In this document: in pieces, positions 43,691-56,915 of the stretch
Layout of the letters: each line of letters opens with the position of its first letter
How positions within the stretch are numbered: position 1 is the first letter of the stretch
Assembly (NCBI RefSeq): GCF_009914755.1
Contig: NC_060929.1
Reading direction: 5' to 3' (one strand)
From: the human T2T-CHM13v2.0 reference genome, Homo sapiens
Length of the DNA stretch: 64,000 bases
Position numbers and translations under genes: made by a program
Notes under the pieces: model-generated
The model's input: only the letters and a program-made list of their open reading frames with translations
Databases searched by the model: none
What the model was told of the DNA's origin: nothing

Positions 43691-44598
43691 GCTTTACTTT
43701 CTTTGCATTTAAGTGCTCTTTTGCTCAAATGCCTTTTCTTTCCCTTGACCTTCGCTGGGATTTATGTCTTTTAAAACTGTGCCATTGCCCTTTTAAAATA
43801 ATATATCATTTCTTATATTTATTGTCATGGCAAGTTTTACTTCTCTATTAGACTCCTGAACTTGAAACTCATGGTGGAATTCTAACAAATTTTAGTTCAT
43901 TGTGGCCTCCAAAGTTTTTAGTGCAAAGCCTTAAACATAGATAAGTTTTACATATGGGTTTGCCAATCTATCACCTCCAATTAATTTATAGAAATTTTGA
44001 AAAGAAATACTCCACTTTTTGCTACTTAACTTAGGAGAATGGTAGAAGACATCTGAAAATGTCATAAATCACTCAGTCATTTCTAGACTTCTTCAGTTGT
44101 TGCTGTGGAGTTTGAAGGATCTATAGAGAACTCAAATAATTCATTCAACATCTCTCACTTCCTGATTCCACAAGATGTCCCTGCACCTAAGTATGTGATT
44201 CTTCCTGCAAAGTTTCCTATCAAAGTAAAAGCCACAAACTAGCAGGTACCCTGTTTTTAAGACAGGAACCTTAATATAGTCTTTTGTTTCCTATATTCCC
44301 ACCCTCCAATCACCATATCCAATCTAGAACAAAACACTCTAGATGCCAGCTCTTACATAATTCTTGAATTACTCTCTTTATATCTCCTAGCATCACCCTA
44401 GTCAGGGCCACTTTTATATTGTCTGAATCTGTGCGATATTTTTCCAACTCATCTTCCTATTTTAAGGGAGGGATGACGAGTTTCTCACATATCAGAGCTA
44501 GAATAATCCTTAATATGTTAATCCAAACCTGTTACCCGCTTAAAACCTTTCAGCAGCTCTCCACTCCTCAGAAAAAAAGGGACAAACTTACTAAGAAC

Positions 44599-45122
44599 TG
44601 TTCTAGTTATTATTGCTATATAACCGACTACCCCAGGTTGGAACTTTATCTGAGTACCCCATGGACTTTAGATAGTGAAGATGGCTTGTTTCTCTTCCAC
44701 AATGTCTAGGGTCTTATCTGGGAAGAATTGAAGACTGGGAGTAACATGATGGCTGAGGGCCGGTATTGTCTAAAGGAGAATTCACTCATATGTCTGGTGG
44801 CTGATGTTGGCTGCTGTTGCATATCAGCCAGCAATTGTTTAAATGTCTACATGTGATCTCTCTTCCTCATCTTTTTGCATGTGCTAGTTTAAGGATTTGT
44901 CACTGCAAGGTGACTGAGTTCCAAAAGCAAATGTCATCAGAGAGTAAGACAGAAGTGCTTGACATTTGGATAATCTAATCTGAGGAATCAAAATGATCAC
45001 CCCGGTTCAAGGGAAGAGGTATAGACTACACCATTTGATGGGAGAAAACTGGGAAGGTCATATTCAAAAAAACATGTGGGATGGGAGGTACTGTTGTAGT
45101 TATCTTTCGAAAATACAATTTT
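44599..45122 (-). mobile_element. MLT1H-like LTR inside an L2
   Basis: tagttattattgcta...ttcactcatatgtctggtgg...tttgatgggag...tttcgaaaataca; L2 on both sides. Confidence 0.6.
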
Positions 45123-47244
45123 TGTAAGGCCCTTCATGATTTGACCCCTGCGTACATCCTTGTGACATGCCCTTCATCTGCCCTGAACCCCTCTCACCAT
45201 GGTATCCCCTGAGGCTAGTATGTGCTGGCCTACAGTAGGTGCTCCAAAATACTCATTGAAAAAATAAAGTACTGTGTTTTCTTGACAACATATAGAGGTT
45301 TGTTTGGAGAATTCATGGGGCTAGGCAGAGCTCTTTGAAGAAGGCTCCAGGCTGGAACAGTGCTATATGAACTGTAATTAACAGAACTCTTCAGAGTTGT
45401 CATAAGTCTGTCGCTTTAGCATCCTAAGGTTTCTTGCAAGCTGATTCTCTTCATTCCCCACTCAAATCAACATTCTCTGCTCAAAGCAAATAAGCTAAAT
45501 TGGTCACATAAAACTTGCCAAGTGAAGAGCATCTTAAAATTGCTGCCAGTAACTCCACTAGGGATTGAAAAAAGAGATTATATGGTTTTTCCTCCCTCAA
45601 ATTGGCTAACAGAGCTATGTGAGCTTCTCAGTCTTCCTATAAACATTGCTGTGGTGACTGACAGGTAATTAGCTGTTTATCATACACATTCACAGGCATA
45701 CTCACACAGTTCCAACCTGGAGTCCTCTTGCTGCAACAGCATGTTAGAATAAGAAAAGGAAATTAATCTGTAGACTGTTTTTAAAATTACATTTTTTGGA
45801 AAGTCTTCCCATCGTGAATCTTCCAGGTAAACAAAATATTTATGGTATAGACAAACATTACTAAAAATGAGAATATTTTCAACTTTCCCCTAAACATTCT
45901 TTATTTCACTCCTCCCTTAAAAATAGCATTTGTGTTTAAAGTTTTATCATATAGTTTGAGCTGAGGAGCTGAGAGAAGAGATTACAAAGCAAAGGGATAG
46001 AGACAATAATAGCAGCACTAAAGGTGAACTCAACTGTTAAGAAAATACACAAGAAAACCAAGTTTTCTTTCAGCTAGAAGTCATAATGACTATTATTTTC
46101 TTTCTATTCCTGACATCCTCCACAGTGCTAATCTGAAAAAGAAATAGACAAGGCGGTTATTAAAAAAGCACAAATTGCTTATTTTAGTCTGATTCGAAAT
46201 TATTTTATGAGAAGAACACTAAAGCCTATTGTGTATTTTATTCACTTAATTTCTGAACATATTTGTATATAGTAACCTTCCACCTATGTGTAATTATATC
46301 CTATTTATGCATAATCAAAAGAGGTAGTTGGAAGAAAAACAAGCTCATAAGATCTGCTGTAGAGATTAAGAAGAGCCTAATTAATATTTTTAAGGAGCAA
46401 TAAATTCGTTCTCAATGCACACTTATAATTATGTCATTTAAGTTTCTTCATACACACCTTTATTTTGCAACATAAAGAAAAAAAAACCTTTGAAATAAAT
46501 TACCAGAGTATTTATTTGGTCTTGCTTAAAGGAACATGGCAGCAGATGCTTCAATGTATGGAGACATAACCTAAGTTAGCCTAATATTTATTAAATGAGA
46601 ACACATATCATAGATTAAGTGAGTTTAAAGAGCATATTTCAGAAATTGTGCTAATGTGTTTCTCAGCAAGGAGCCTCTGCTCCTTGATCACTTCTCTCCA
46701 GGAAGCCAAGTCTCATGTTATACATTACCGGAGAGGGAAGTTGAAGAAGACAAGTCATCAAGACGGAGACAGGAAACTTATTTTGTAAACTCTTGAAATC
46801 TGAATGTGTAATATATCTCTCAATAAACTATAATATCCTGAGTTATCACAGTTTATTCAGAGGCATATTTAACAGAAAAAAGGCAGGAGGTATATTTTCT
46901 GCCTCCTGAGTGTGACATTTAGGGATTATCTTTCTGGTTAAAGCAAGAAACTAGGGGTGCCACCTCCCTTTCCACATTCCAGATTCCCCAGTCTCTTCTA
47001 GATTCCCCAGTCTCAGCCCTCACCTCCAATGAGAAGAGACTGTTCATTTGAGCTTTCTAGACTAAGACACCTAAAAGAGGGGCAATAATAGGCACCTGCA
47101 GCAAATCTGCTGGCTTATAGTTTGGAGAAAGAGGACATATACTCCTGTTCATCTGAGGTTAAGTTTTGATTTGATCTGACCATCACACCACTCTCATTGG
47201 GAAGAGGAGATGCAACACAACTGAGTTTTGCTTCCCTCAGCCCC

Positions 47245-47607
47245 TGCTCTTGGCTAAACTGGGTCCCCCACCAAATTCACATGTTGAAGCCTTACCACTA
47301 AATATTACTGTATTTGCAGATAGGGCCTATAAAGAGGAAATTAAATTAAATGAAGCCATGAGGGTGGGGGCCTCATGATGCTATAGTGGCCTTATTAGAA
47401 GAGACAGCCTGTGCATGTTCTCTCTCTCTCTCTGTCTCTCCACTGTGTGGATGGGAACATCCGCAAGCCAGGATGTGGGCCCTTATCAGAAATCAAATCA
47501 GCTGGCACACTGAACTTCCTAGCCACCAGAATTGTGAGAAATACATTTCTGTTTTTCATAAGCTGCCAAGTCTGTGGTATTTTGTGATGGCAGCCCCAGC
47601 CAAGACA
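47245..47607 (+). mobile_element. MLT1A/B MaLR solo LTR
   Basis: TG...CA ends; TSD GCCCC at 47240-47244 and 47608-47612; aaattcacatgttgaagcc, ctgtggtattttgt. Confidence 0.8.
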
Positions 47608-48569
47608 GCCCCAGAGTCTCTGATGGAGCCCAAACTGACAATGACGTTGTCCATACATAAGGGATCTTTCTGGATCTGAAAGCTCCAGTCTTGCCATATC
47701 CCTGCCCTTTTATACTTGGGTTCCATCAATTAGTACTTCTAATTTAAGGAATGTTTACAAACATACAGCACTCCTAGTTCTCTAGCATCAACACAATCAT
47801 GTACTTCACTGTGCTGAGCCTGGGGCATACGAGAGAGGAAGGCATAGTCAGTGCCCAGAGTCCCTAAAGAATATCTCTGCCTCTAGCTTTCTCACTTCTG
47901 GGAAAACTCATGTTATTGTACTATCATTACTTCTGGGAAACTTCACCGCTTTCCAATAGCTAAAACCAGGATCATTTCTTATTCTTATAATTCTCACAAC
48001 ACTGTGAGGTGCTATTCACCTCATCACTCCAGAGGAGCCACCTGAGAAGTTCAGTTGTTCGCCCAAGATCATAGGTCCCAATTCTAGATTTGAGCCCAGG
48101 GCTGGCTGATCTGAAAGCCCAAGTTGATGATTGTAATGCAATAAATTCATCCAAATATCCAATGTGGATATATTGCAGAATGCAGAACTAGCCTGATGAA
48201 GGAATCCAGACTCATGAATAAGCTAATTCCTCTTAGACAATGTACTGGAATCTTAACGAACATCATTTTTCTGTAGAAATCTTCTCAAATTGGGGAGTAA
48301 ATTTTTGGCCTTTTTAAGTAGATGTGTAAGAAATTTGATCTACAAGAAAAAATAATAAAAGGCTCATGGTCAGCTTTGTGGTTTATCCAAAGCATGCAAA
48401 GGATCCAGAAGACAAAATTCTGCTTTCCAAAGCTAGTGCATTAAGATGAAAAATACTGGGTATGGGTTAGAGTATTACGATTATGAGTGTGCTTGTCTTT
48501 TTTCTCATGATTCCTGTAATGTTATTAAACTGCTTTCACAGGTGAAAAAAATTACAAATTTTGTTAAAA

Positions 48570-48780
48570 ACTTACTCTTAAGCTGTACATGCTTAACCGA
48601 TTAATAGCTCATTACATCCTTACAACAATCTTGTGAGTTAACTACTATCATTAAATTTGTTTTACAGATGAGAAAACTGAGGCTCTGAGAGGTTTAATAC
48701 TAGTAAGTGGCAGAGCCAAGATTTAAAAGCAGGCATTCTTTCCCCAGAGCCCATACACTGCACTCCTACAATGTACTGCT
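48570..48780 (-). mobile_element. MIR SINE
   Basis: ttttacagatgagaaaactgaggctctgagagg...tagtaagtggcagagcc. Confidence 0.85.
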
Positions 48781-49924
48781 TTTTTGAATGTATAAATCTA
48801 GTGAAAGAGAGAAATTCAGAGTATGAGAGACTGGAGGTCTAAGAGAGAGAAGAACAAAAAGGAGATGGGATTAGGAATCCAGGGTGTGGATAAAGTTGCT
48901 TGGATACCTGAGAAGAAGTTGCTTCTGGTGCATAAGAGGTGTCAGAAAGAGCTTTGCTCTGTGGCAGTCCCCTTTCTAAAGTTAATATGTTATTAACACC
49001 CAGTCTTAAAATAAGTGAGTAGCTTTAGATCCTTGTCTTCTCATCCACAATAATCATATTTCACGCTTTATTTCACTGAGAGTTTCTCATCACAAATTAC
49101 AAGGTAAATGCCTTTAATGGGTATGCTTTAGCCTCCTAATTAGCAACCTTACATGGCAAATTATTTTTTTAGGTAATCCCATCCAGAAAGGTCAATACCT
49201 GTAGTACTAAAGTGGTTTGCAAATAATGGACACAAAATGTGCTATCTAGAAGCCAGGGCACTAAAAAAACTCAGGTCAAGCAAAACAACTGTCTGATATT
49301 TTATACTAACCCATCATGCCTCAAAAATAAATATGTAAGTGATATCAGTTCTACTCAACTTGCAACGACAGTAATACAAATAAATCCGGGAGCGTAAATA
49401 TCCTCCTACTGTGCATTCTAATGGTTTCACCCTTTAGAATGAACGCATTTTACCTCATCTGAGGAGAACCTTTTGGCAATTAGCAAAATCACCATTTGGA
49501 AGGGCTACAAAGGAAAAGAAATCAAGTTCCTTGCCTCCATCCATCCAACTATCCTTTCATCTCTCCTCCCTTGATATCCACCAATCTAATAGGTATTTGT
49601 TGAGCACCTAGCACTGAGTGGTATAGGTCAATCACAAACTGCCAGTTTGCTGCTATATACCTTGTTGAGTGCTTTCTCTTTATCATTTGCTCCTTGTTCA
49701 TTTCTTTTCTAAGTATGTTCTGTGAACCACCTGGCTCAGAATATCTTGGGTGTGTTCTTAAAAACACATACTCCTGGTACTCATCATGGATCTACTTGGT
49801 CAGAATTGGTGGCAGGAATATTCATTTTTTAAAAATTCCAAAAATAAATTCCATCTAGTATAGATTAAGAAAACTAACCCAGACCAACTCTGTTCCATAA
49901 GAATGATTCTTAAAAAAAGTTTCA

Positions 49925-50106
49925 GAATCGCCACAATGTCTTCCACAATGGTTGAACTAGTTTACAGTCCCACCAACAGTGTAAAAGTGTTCCCATTTCT
50001 CCACATCCTCTCCAGCATCTGTTGTTTCTTGACTTTTTAATGATCACCATTCTAACTGGTGTGAGATGGTATCTCATTGTGGTTTTGATTTGTATTTGTC
50101 TGATGA
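49925..50106 (-). mobile_element. Internal L1PA ORF2 fragment without 3' end
   Basis: gaatcgccac...ttccacaatggttgaactagtttacagtcccaccaacagtgtaaaagtg...gtggttttgattt, close to primate L1 consensus. Confidence 0.9.
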
Positions 50107-50163
50107 TCTAAAGGTAAGGAAGTGGAAAAGGGTGCAGAAGACCCTTCTAATGTCCTTTTAAAG

Positions 50164-50205
50164 GACATTAGCGGGAGCTGCATCTCCTTTGGCTGAACCC
50201 CAGAG
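50164..50205 (+). other. Candidate 42-nt exon (unverified)
   Basis: ttctaatgtccttttaaag|GACATT...CAGAG|gtaaga. Confidence 0.2.
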
Positions 50206-51679
50206 GTAAGAGCCTAGATTGAGTGAGGTAAAATTAAAGATCTCTGAAAATTCTCAGACAACCTTGCTTGTTCATTCATTCATATCTGATGACCTTCTTT
50301 TATGACCTCTGACTACTTATATTCTCTTCAGAAGCCTACATACCTAACTCTGAATTTGGAATCAGAATCCCACATTATTTCTATGACCACAGGCAAGGTA
50401 CTTAACCTCCCTGATCTTTAGATCCCCTATATGAAAAATAGGATGAATCATACCATGTATGATAACTCTCAGACTGTTTAAAAGCAAATGCTGGTGGCTA
50501 CATTCCTTTTAGTTTTGCAATCCTGCTCACCACTAAATTAGGCCGTGATGGCTCTCAGCTACCTGCAGCTCTCTAGTCTTGTTGGACCTGCTTATTCTTT
50601 ATTCCTTTTCTTCTTCTAGCCATCTATCTCAAAGGTCTAAACCTGTCCTTTACACTTACAATTCTGTTGGATATGAAGAATTATTTCTCTGTATAGCTGC
50701 ATGCTAAGATCTAACAATTGTAGCTATCCCCAACAAGTTGAATTTTGAATAATTCAGAATAGGATTTTCTCTAGCAACCAGTGGAGAATTTCATAGTAGA
50801 CAGCATTGAAAAAGGACAAATGGGAGACCACACTACATATAAATCATAAATTTTAGAAATGCTTCTGATGCAAATAATATCACTAAAACACCATTTATGG
50901 ACATTCAATACTTAATTCATTCACTTATACGTGCATTTACTTAATTATTGATTGATTTTCTATGTCAGACAGTATGCTAGGGGCTAGGGTTTCAGCAGTA
51001 AGTAAAATACCTTGGATACCTTCTCTCACAGATCTTATAGTCTAGGGAGGGAATAGAAACACATGATTTTATGCATGTGGACAGAAAGACGAAAGATGTT
51101 CTTTTGTCTTAGTGATGTTCCAGCAAGTCAGTTTTACCTGTAGGTGGAAATTAAACTTGTGTCCGTAGGTAGATCTATGAGGAATGGACAAAATATTTAG
51201 CAGGGGAAAAAACTGGAAAGAGAAGTTTATATTTTAGTGGGTATAAATACAATACATTTTAGGACTTTTTGTCTCTGTTCTTTAGATTTACCATGATTAT
51301 CTTTTATGGAGTCAACACAGCATTGTTCATGGTCATGTTCAAAATTCTCCTCATTCAGTTTTGATACGTCAATTAAAGTGGTGGGTGACCCCTCTGAGGT
51401 AGAGCTCTTTGGTGTGCTTAGGGAGGGGTTGTTGGTGTGTGAGTGAATGAGGCAGAGAGGATGGTCTTTAAACTAGGGTTGAACTTTTCTGAAACTAAAG
51501 TGGCAAATATCTCAGCATGAAGGTTGGAGGAAGTAGATGAGAGGAAACAACACCTATGAAAGGGCCATAGTCTAGTTCTTGATAGGGGCTGGTCCCCAAA
51601 ACCATTGGGGTACACAAAATTCACAAATATTATCTCCAACATCAGCAGGTTGTCATGTGTAGAATAGAAAAGTGCCTTA

Positions 51680-52510
51680 CCAAAGGACATGATCAAATAC
51701 TTCTCAGAAGAAGACATACATGAGGCCAAGAAACATGAGAAAATGCTCAGTATCACTAATCATCAGAGAAATGCACATCCAAATTACCATAAGATACTAT
51801 CTCACACCAGTCAGAATGGCTACTAAGAAGAAGTCAAAAATAACATGTCAGCAAGGTGATGGAGAAAAGGAAATGCTTATACACTGCTGGTGGGAATGTA
51901 AATTAGTTCAGCCACCAGGGAAAGCAATTGAGATACATTCCAAAGAAATCAAAATGAACTACCATTCAACCCAACAGTCTCGTTCCTGGGTATATACCCA
52001 AAGAAATATAAGTCATCCTACTATAAAGACAAATGCACAAGTATGTTCATTATAGCACTGTTCACAATAGCAAAGACTTGGAGTCAACCTGGATGACCAT
52101 CAATGGTAGATTGAATAGAGAGAATGTGGCACATGTACATGATGGAATACTATGCAGCCATAAAAAATAATGAGATAATGTTATTTGCAGAAACATGGGT
52201 CCAGCTAGAGGCCATTATCCTAAACAAGTTAATGAGAAGCAGAAAAAAATACCACATGTTCTCACTTACAAGTGGGAGCTAAATATTGAGTACACATGGA
52301 CACAAAAAGGGGGACAATGGACACTGGGGTGTACATGAGAGTGGAGGATGGGAAGAGAATGAGGAGAGGAAAACTGCCTATTGGGTACTATGCTCACTAC
52401 CTGGGTGGCAAAACCATTTGTACACCAAACCTCAATGGCATGCAATTTACCCATGTAACAAACCTGCACGTGTACCCCCTGGACCTAAAATAAAAGTTGG
52501 AAGAAAAAAA
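51680..52510 (+). mobile_element. L1PA16/L1PB-like 5'-truncated element
   Basis: ORF2 C-terminal remnant (HCWWECKL) and 3'UTR ending aaataaaagttgg plus A tail. Confidence 0.9.
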
Positions 52511-53619
52511 TTAATTTGAATTTTACAAAAGAAAGGTAAGCTAAAGTTAAAGTGAAAACAAAGCAGTGAACTCATCTTATATAATTATTAAAATGTAATT
52601 TCTCCAAAATAAAAAAGTGCCTTATCCAAGGCCATGAAGTAAGTTGGCAAGAAAGCCCAAGGCGTTCCAGTTTTCTTTCTAATGTTCTTTTTACCACATC
52701 TCACTGCCTTCATAGACTGAAGCTTGATACTGCTATCTAAGAGGCCACTCATCCTCTGGATCTCTCTCTGGAAACTGCTGACAGAAAACTCATTTTCCAC
52801 TGACTATGTAACACAAGTTAAGACTTATAACAGATGCCCCAGTGACGGTGGTAAACTTTTCCCTCCCATGGTGAAGATGAACTGCTTAGAGCAAGATGCT
52901 CTGAATGTGGGGCTGCAGCTCATATCAAGAAAGGCTCTACGCCAAAGGCTTTGTGCCATGGAACTGACACCTATTATCCTCATCATTGTTATAAATGTCA
53001 AAGTCATCAGCATCATTCAGACAAATCACATTAATTTGTGCCAGGCACTTCAACATGGTAAAGAACTCAAATAGTATAATCAGATATACACATATGCATA
53101 CTTAACTTAATATGCATGAATTCAGCTCTGCACAGTTGCCCCCTAACCCACAAAAATGTGTGTAGGGATTAAGGTAGAGACAGAAGAGGAAAGAACACGG
53201 AAAGAAAGGAAAAATGGTTAAATAATATTGGCAATTTTACCCAGTCATCCCCAAATGTCTTTGCCATTTGGCAGAAGCAATGGCTAATTCCAGCCATAAG
53301 ATTCTCTTCTTCAGGTAAAACATTTGGCAAATTGTACATTATGTGTTATAACAGATATATACTAACATTGAGCACTCACTTCATGCCAAATATTCTGCAA
53401 AAAGCTCTCTGCATATTGTCCTGTTTAATCTTCCCAGCGGCCTAACAAGCCAATGGCAGCTTGCATATAGCACAGGTTCTAGAATCATGAAACTGAAAAA
53501 TTTTTATCTGGTAACACCAATTTTCATTTATGCTTGTGTTTATGGTTTTCAAAGTACATCCACATTCATAATCTTATGGAACTCAGTAATTTCACAGATG
53601 AGGAAATAGTAGGAACAGT

Positions 53620-54155
53620 GGTTGTCTTTCTGAAGAGCAAGCTTTCCTTTGGTGAGTGACTCTTTTCCCCTTCTATGTGGTCTTGGAGGGGATGTCAGTC
53701 ATCATGCTCACAAGCTGCTACTTTGCCCATTACCCTCCCAACACTCAGTTACCAGCCTAACTTCTCAGATGATCACCTTCACCTGGTTCCTTAATTTTTA
53801 TAAATAGAACACAGAGAGATGGAGAGACCCTTCCTCCTTTGGGTAGCAAGTTATAAGGCAAAATGCTTGAGCCTACCAATGGCTGTATTTACTACCTCGT
53901 TGAATCGATATGAGAAGAATGTCTACATAAAATGGGTCAGAGTTTAGATTACCTCAAAAGAAGGAGGTCTTATAGATGGCGAAGAGACAGACATTGTTAT
54001 AATTGATAAGACTTTTGATCCAGCCGTGTCTGAAACCTTCCTTTCCTCTAACTTTGATTATGTAAACCAATCAATCTCTTTTTCCCATCCCCCTTCTTAA
54101 ACTAGTTTGACCTGAGTTTCTATAACTTCCAACCAAAGCAGTCATAATAAATACA
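53620..54155 (+). mobile_element. Old MaLR LTR (MLT1J/K-like)
   Basis: tgatccagccgtgtctgaa...aaactagtttga...caaccaaa...taaataca. Confidence 0.6.
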
Positions 54156-55044
54156 CCTACAGAACAGGGACAAGAACCAGAATCCTGGTCTTTTCTGGTG
54201 TGTAGTGCTCTTTCTCCTAAATCGTATGTTTCGGGCAATCTGGTGCTTAAGAAATCATCCAGGGAAGGCTACTCAGAAAAGGTGGCAGAACTGGAACTAT
54301 TTTGCTGCTAAAGAAAAGAGGAAGAATAACAGTGTGGAACTGCTTGTTCAGTAGGAAAGAGCAAAATGAAAGAGAACTAGTAAGTGAGTACAATGAAGAC
54401 AAGTAACTTCTTTCTTAATTTTGTAGTTATTCCTAAAAATTATACTCAGTTGGCACCCACTGCTCACTCCAAGGCAACGATTCTTGTCAAGGAATTCACA
54501 GCTTCATTACTTAGGCATGGTAACCAAAATGGGGATGGTTTTACCTTTCTTTCCATCTTTACCACTATTTTGCACAATCCAGGACTTTTGACCTGCTTAG
54601 AATATGTTAATTCACAGAATATAGTCATTTCCCTTATCAGACCCTCCAGGCAGTTTGGCAAGAAGTATTTTCAGCTACAGACCTTACAATCAGCCACTCA
54701 GACCTGCCGGCTCTTGTGCGCTGACAGATAGAGCTAATTAGCACTCAGCAGCTTTTATGCATTATCTCTGACTCCAGAACATCCCTATAAATGAGGGGAA
54801 GGTTTGTCTCCACCCCAAGGGACAAGAAGAAAACCTCGGAGATTTGGAGGTTATACAACTTTCTAAAAGTTCCTCCTTCTATCTCAATTCTACTTATTCT
54901 TTAATGGTCAGCTCTTGTCCTGTGTTTTCTGAGCAGCCTTAGGAGAGTACATCAACTTTTTTTGATGTTTTGTCATATAGGCTTGTATGTAATTTTTCTA
55001 ACATACCATCACTATATACAGTGCAACAACTGCTGGCATTGTTC

Positions 55045-55640
55045 TTATCCATCCATCATCCATTCCTCCATCAATCCATCCAGCACTTATTGAATGTCTA
55101 CTATGTGTCAAGTGGGGATTCTTAGAACCATGTAGAAAAGAGCTTAGTTCCACACTAGTTGGGAGAGATAGATGATAGATAAGAAAACAAATTAGCAAGA
55201 TATTTACTGATCATGATGAGAGTTATGGAGTTAATAAAATCAAATAATGGTATGCAGCATGAGGAAAGGATTGCGATAAGACCTCTCTGAAGAGGTGATG
55301 TTGAGCTCAGATAAGAAAGTGTCAGCCAAGCAAAGATGAAGAGATGGACATTTTTTCAGAAAGTCCTGAGGAAACAATAAATGCAAAGGGCTTAGTGTGG
55401 AGATGAGGTCTCTGCATTTAAAAAACAGAAGGAAGGTCAGCATGGCTGGACCATGATGAGTGAGAAAGAAGAAAACTTGAGAAGAGGTAGAAGATTCACC
55501 TCCTCTTTGAAGTTTCATCTAACTGCAGTGGAAGATCATCAGAGGGCTTTTACACCATAAGGTGACATAAATGGATTTAAGTTTTCAAAAGATCCTCTGG
55601 TTATTAAGTGGAGAATGGACTATGGGGCAGGAGACAAGCA
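55045..55640 (-). mobile_element. L2 3' part
   Basis: cacttattgaatgtctactatgtg...cctctctgaagaggtgatgttgagct...aaaagatcctctgg. Confidence 0.8.
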
Positions 55641-56416
55641 GAAACTTTACTACCATCCTCCAGCTTACTATAGACCTGATACTGTGCTGCTTAGGCCATT
55701 TCTCCTGCATCAAAGAGGCATTGAGTATACTTGTATTTCATAAATGAAGAACCAGTTGAGAATTTGCCCAATATTTCATAAATATTAAGCTAAGTCAAGA
55801 TTCAAATCTATATTCAAACCACTCCAAAGCTTTCGTCCTTAAATACTTGATTTATTGCATTGAGCTATGCCATAGATGCTTTATCTTTACAGATAAGAAA
55901 ACTAACATCCTGTGATATATTAATTTTGTAGAAATGTCCATTTTTGTGCATTATAAAGGTGGTGTGTAGCAGGAAGACTGATGAGTGGTTCTTCAGTGGA
56001 AAATATGCAGTAACTACTATAAAAGATCTCTCTAGAGGATGAGCATAAGAAACATATGATTCTCCAGGGAACTGTGATTCAAGAGCAGTTTTTTCCTGAT
56101 ATATAGAATCAAGGATAAGAAGAAAACACTGCATTTTTCAAATATTACTTCTTTTTAAAGGGAATTTATATGCTATGGGAATATTTGCAAATTGGGGATT
56201 TCAGAACGTTTGCTGACATATTTTTCAGAATGTCAAGGGTCTATAATATATTTATAAGTGAAGGCTTGGGAATATCATCACCAGGCCCTGTTGGGGAGCC
56301 TTCCAGACTTTGTTCTGTCAATACCATGTTACAATTTACACATGAAAAAACCAATTTGATACAGAAGTCAATAGCTATGAACTCCATGATGAAATTTAAA
56401 AAATTAAGCCATGTGA

Positions 56417-56915
<499 letters not shown>

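Noticed and set aside
46981-47014. Short direct duplications (also 8395-8425, about 20988-21011, and 40440-40492)
   Set aside because: Ordinary slippage-type micro-duplications with no further structure.
51720-52055. 111-aa ORF with an HCWWEC motif (similar L1 remnant at 38908-39114)
   Set aside because: Degraded L1 ORF2 C-terminal remnants, not host genes.
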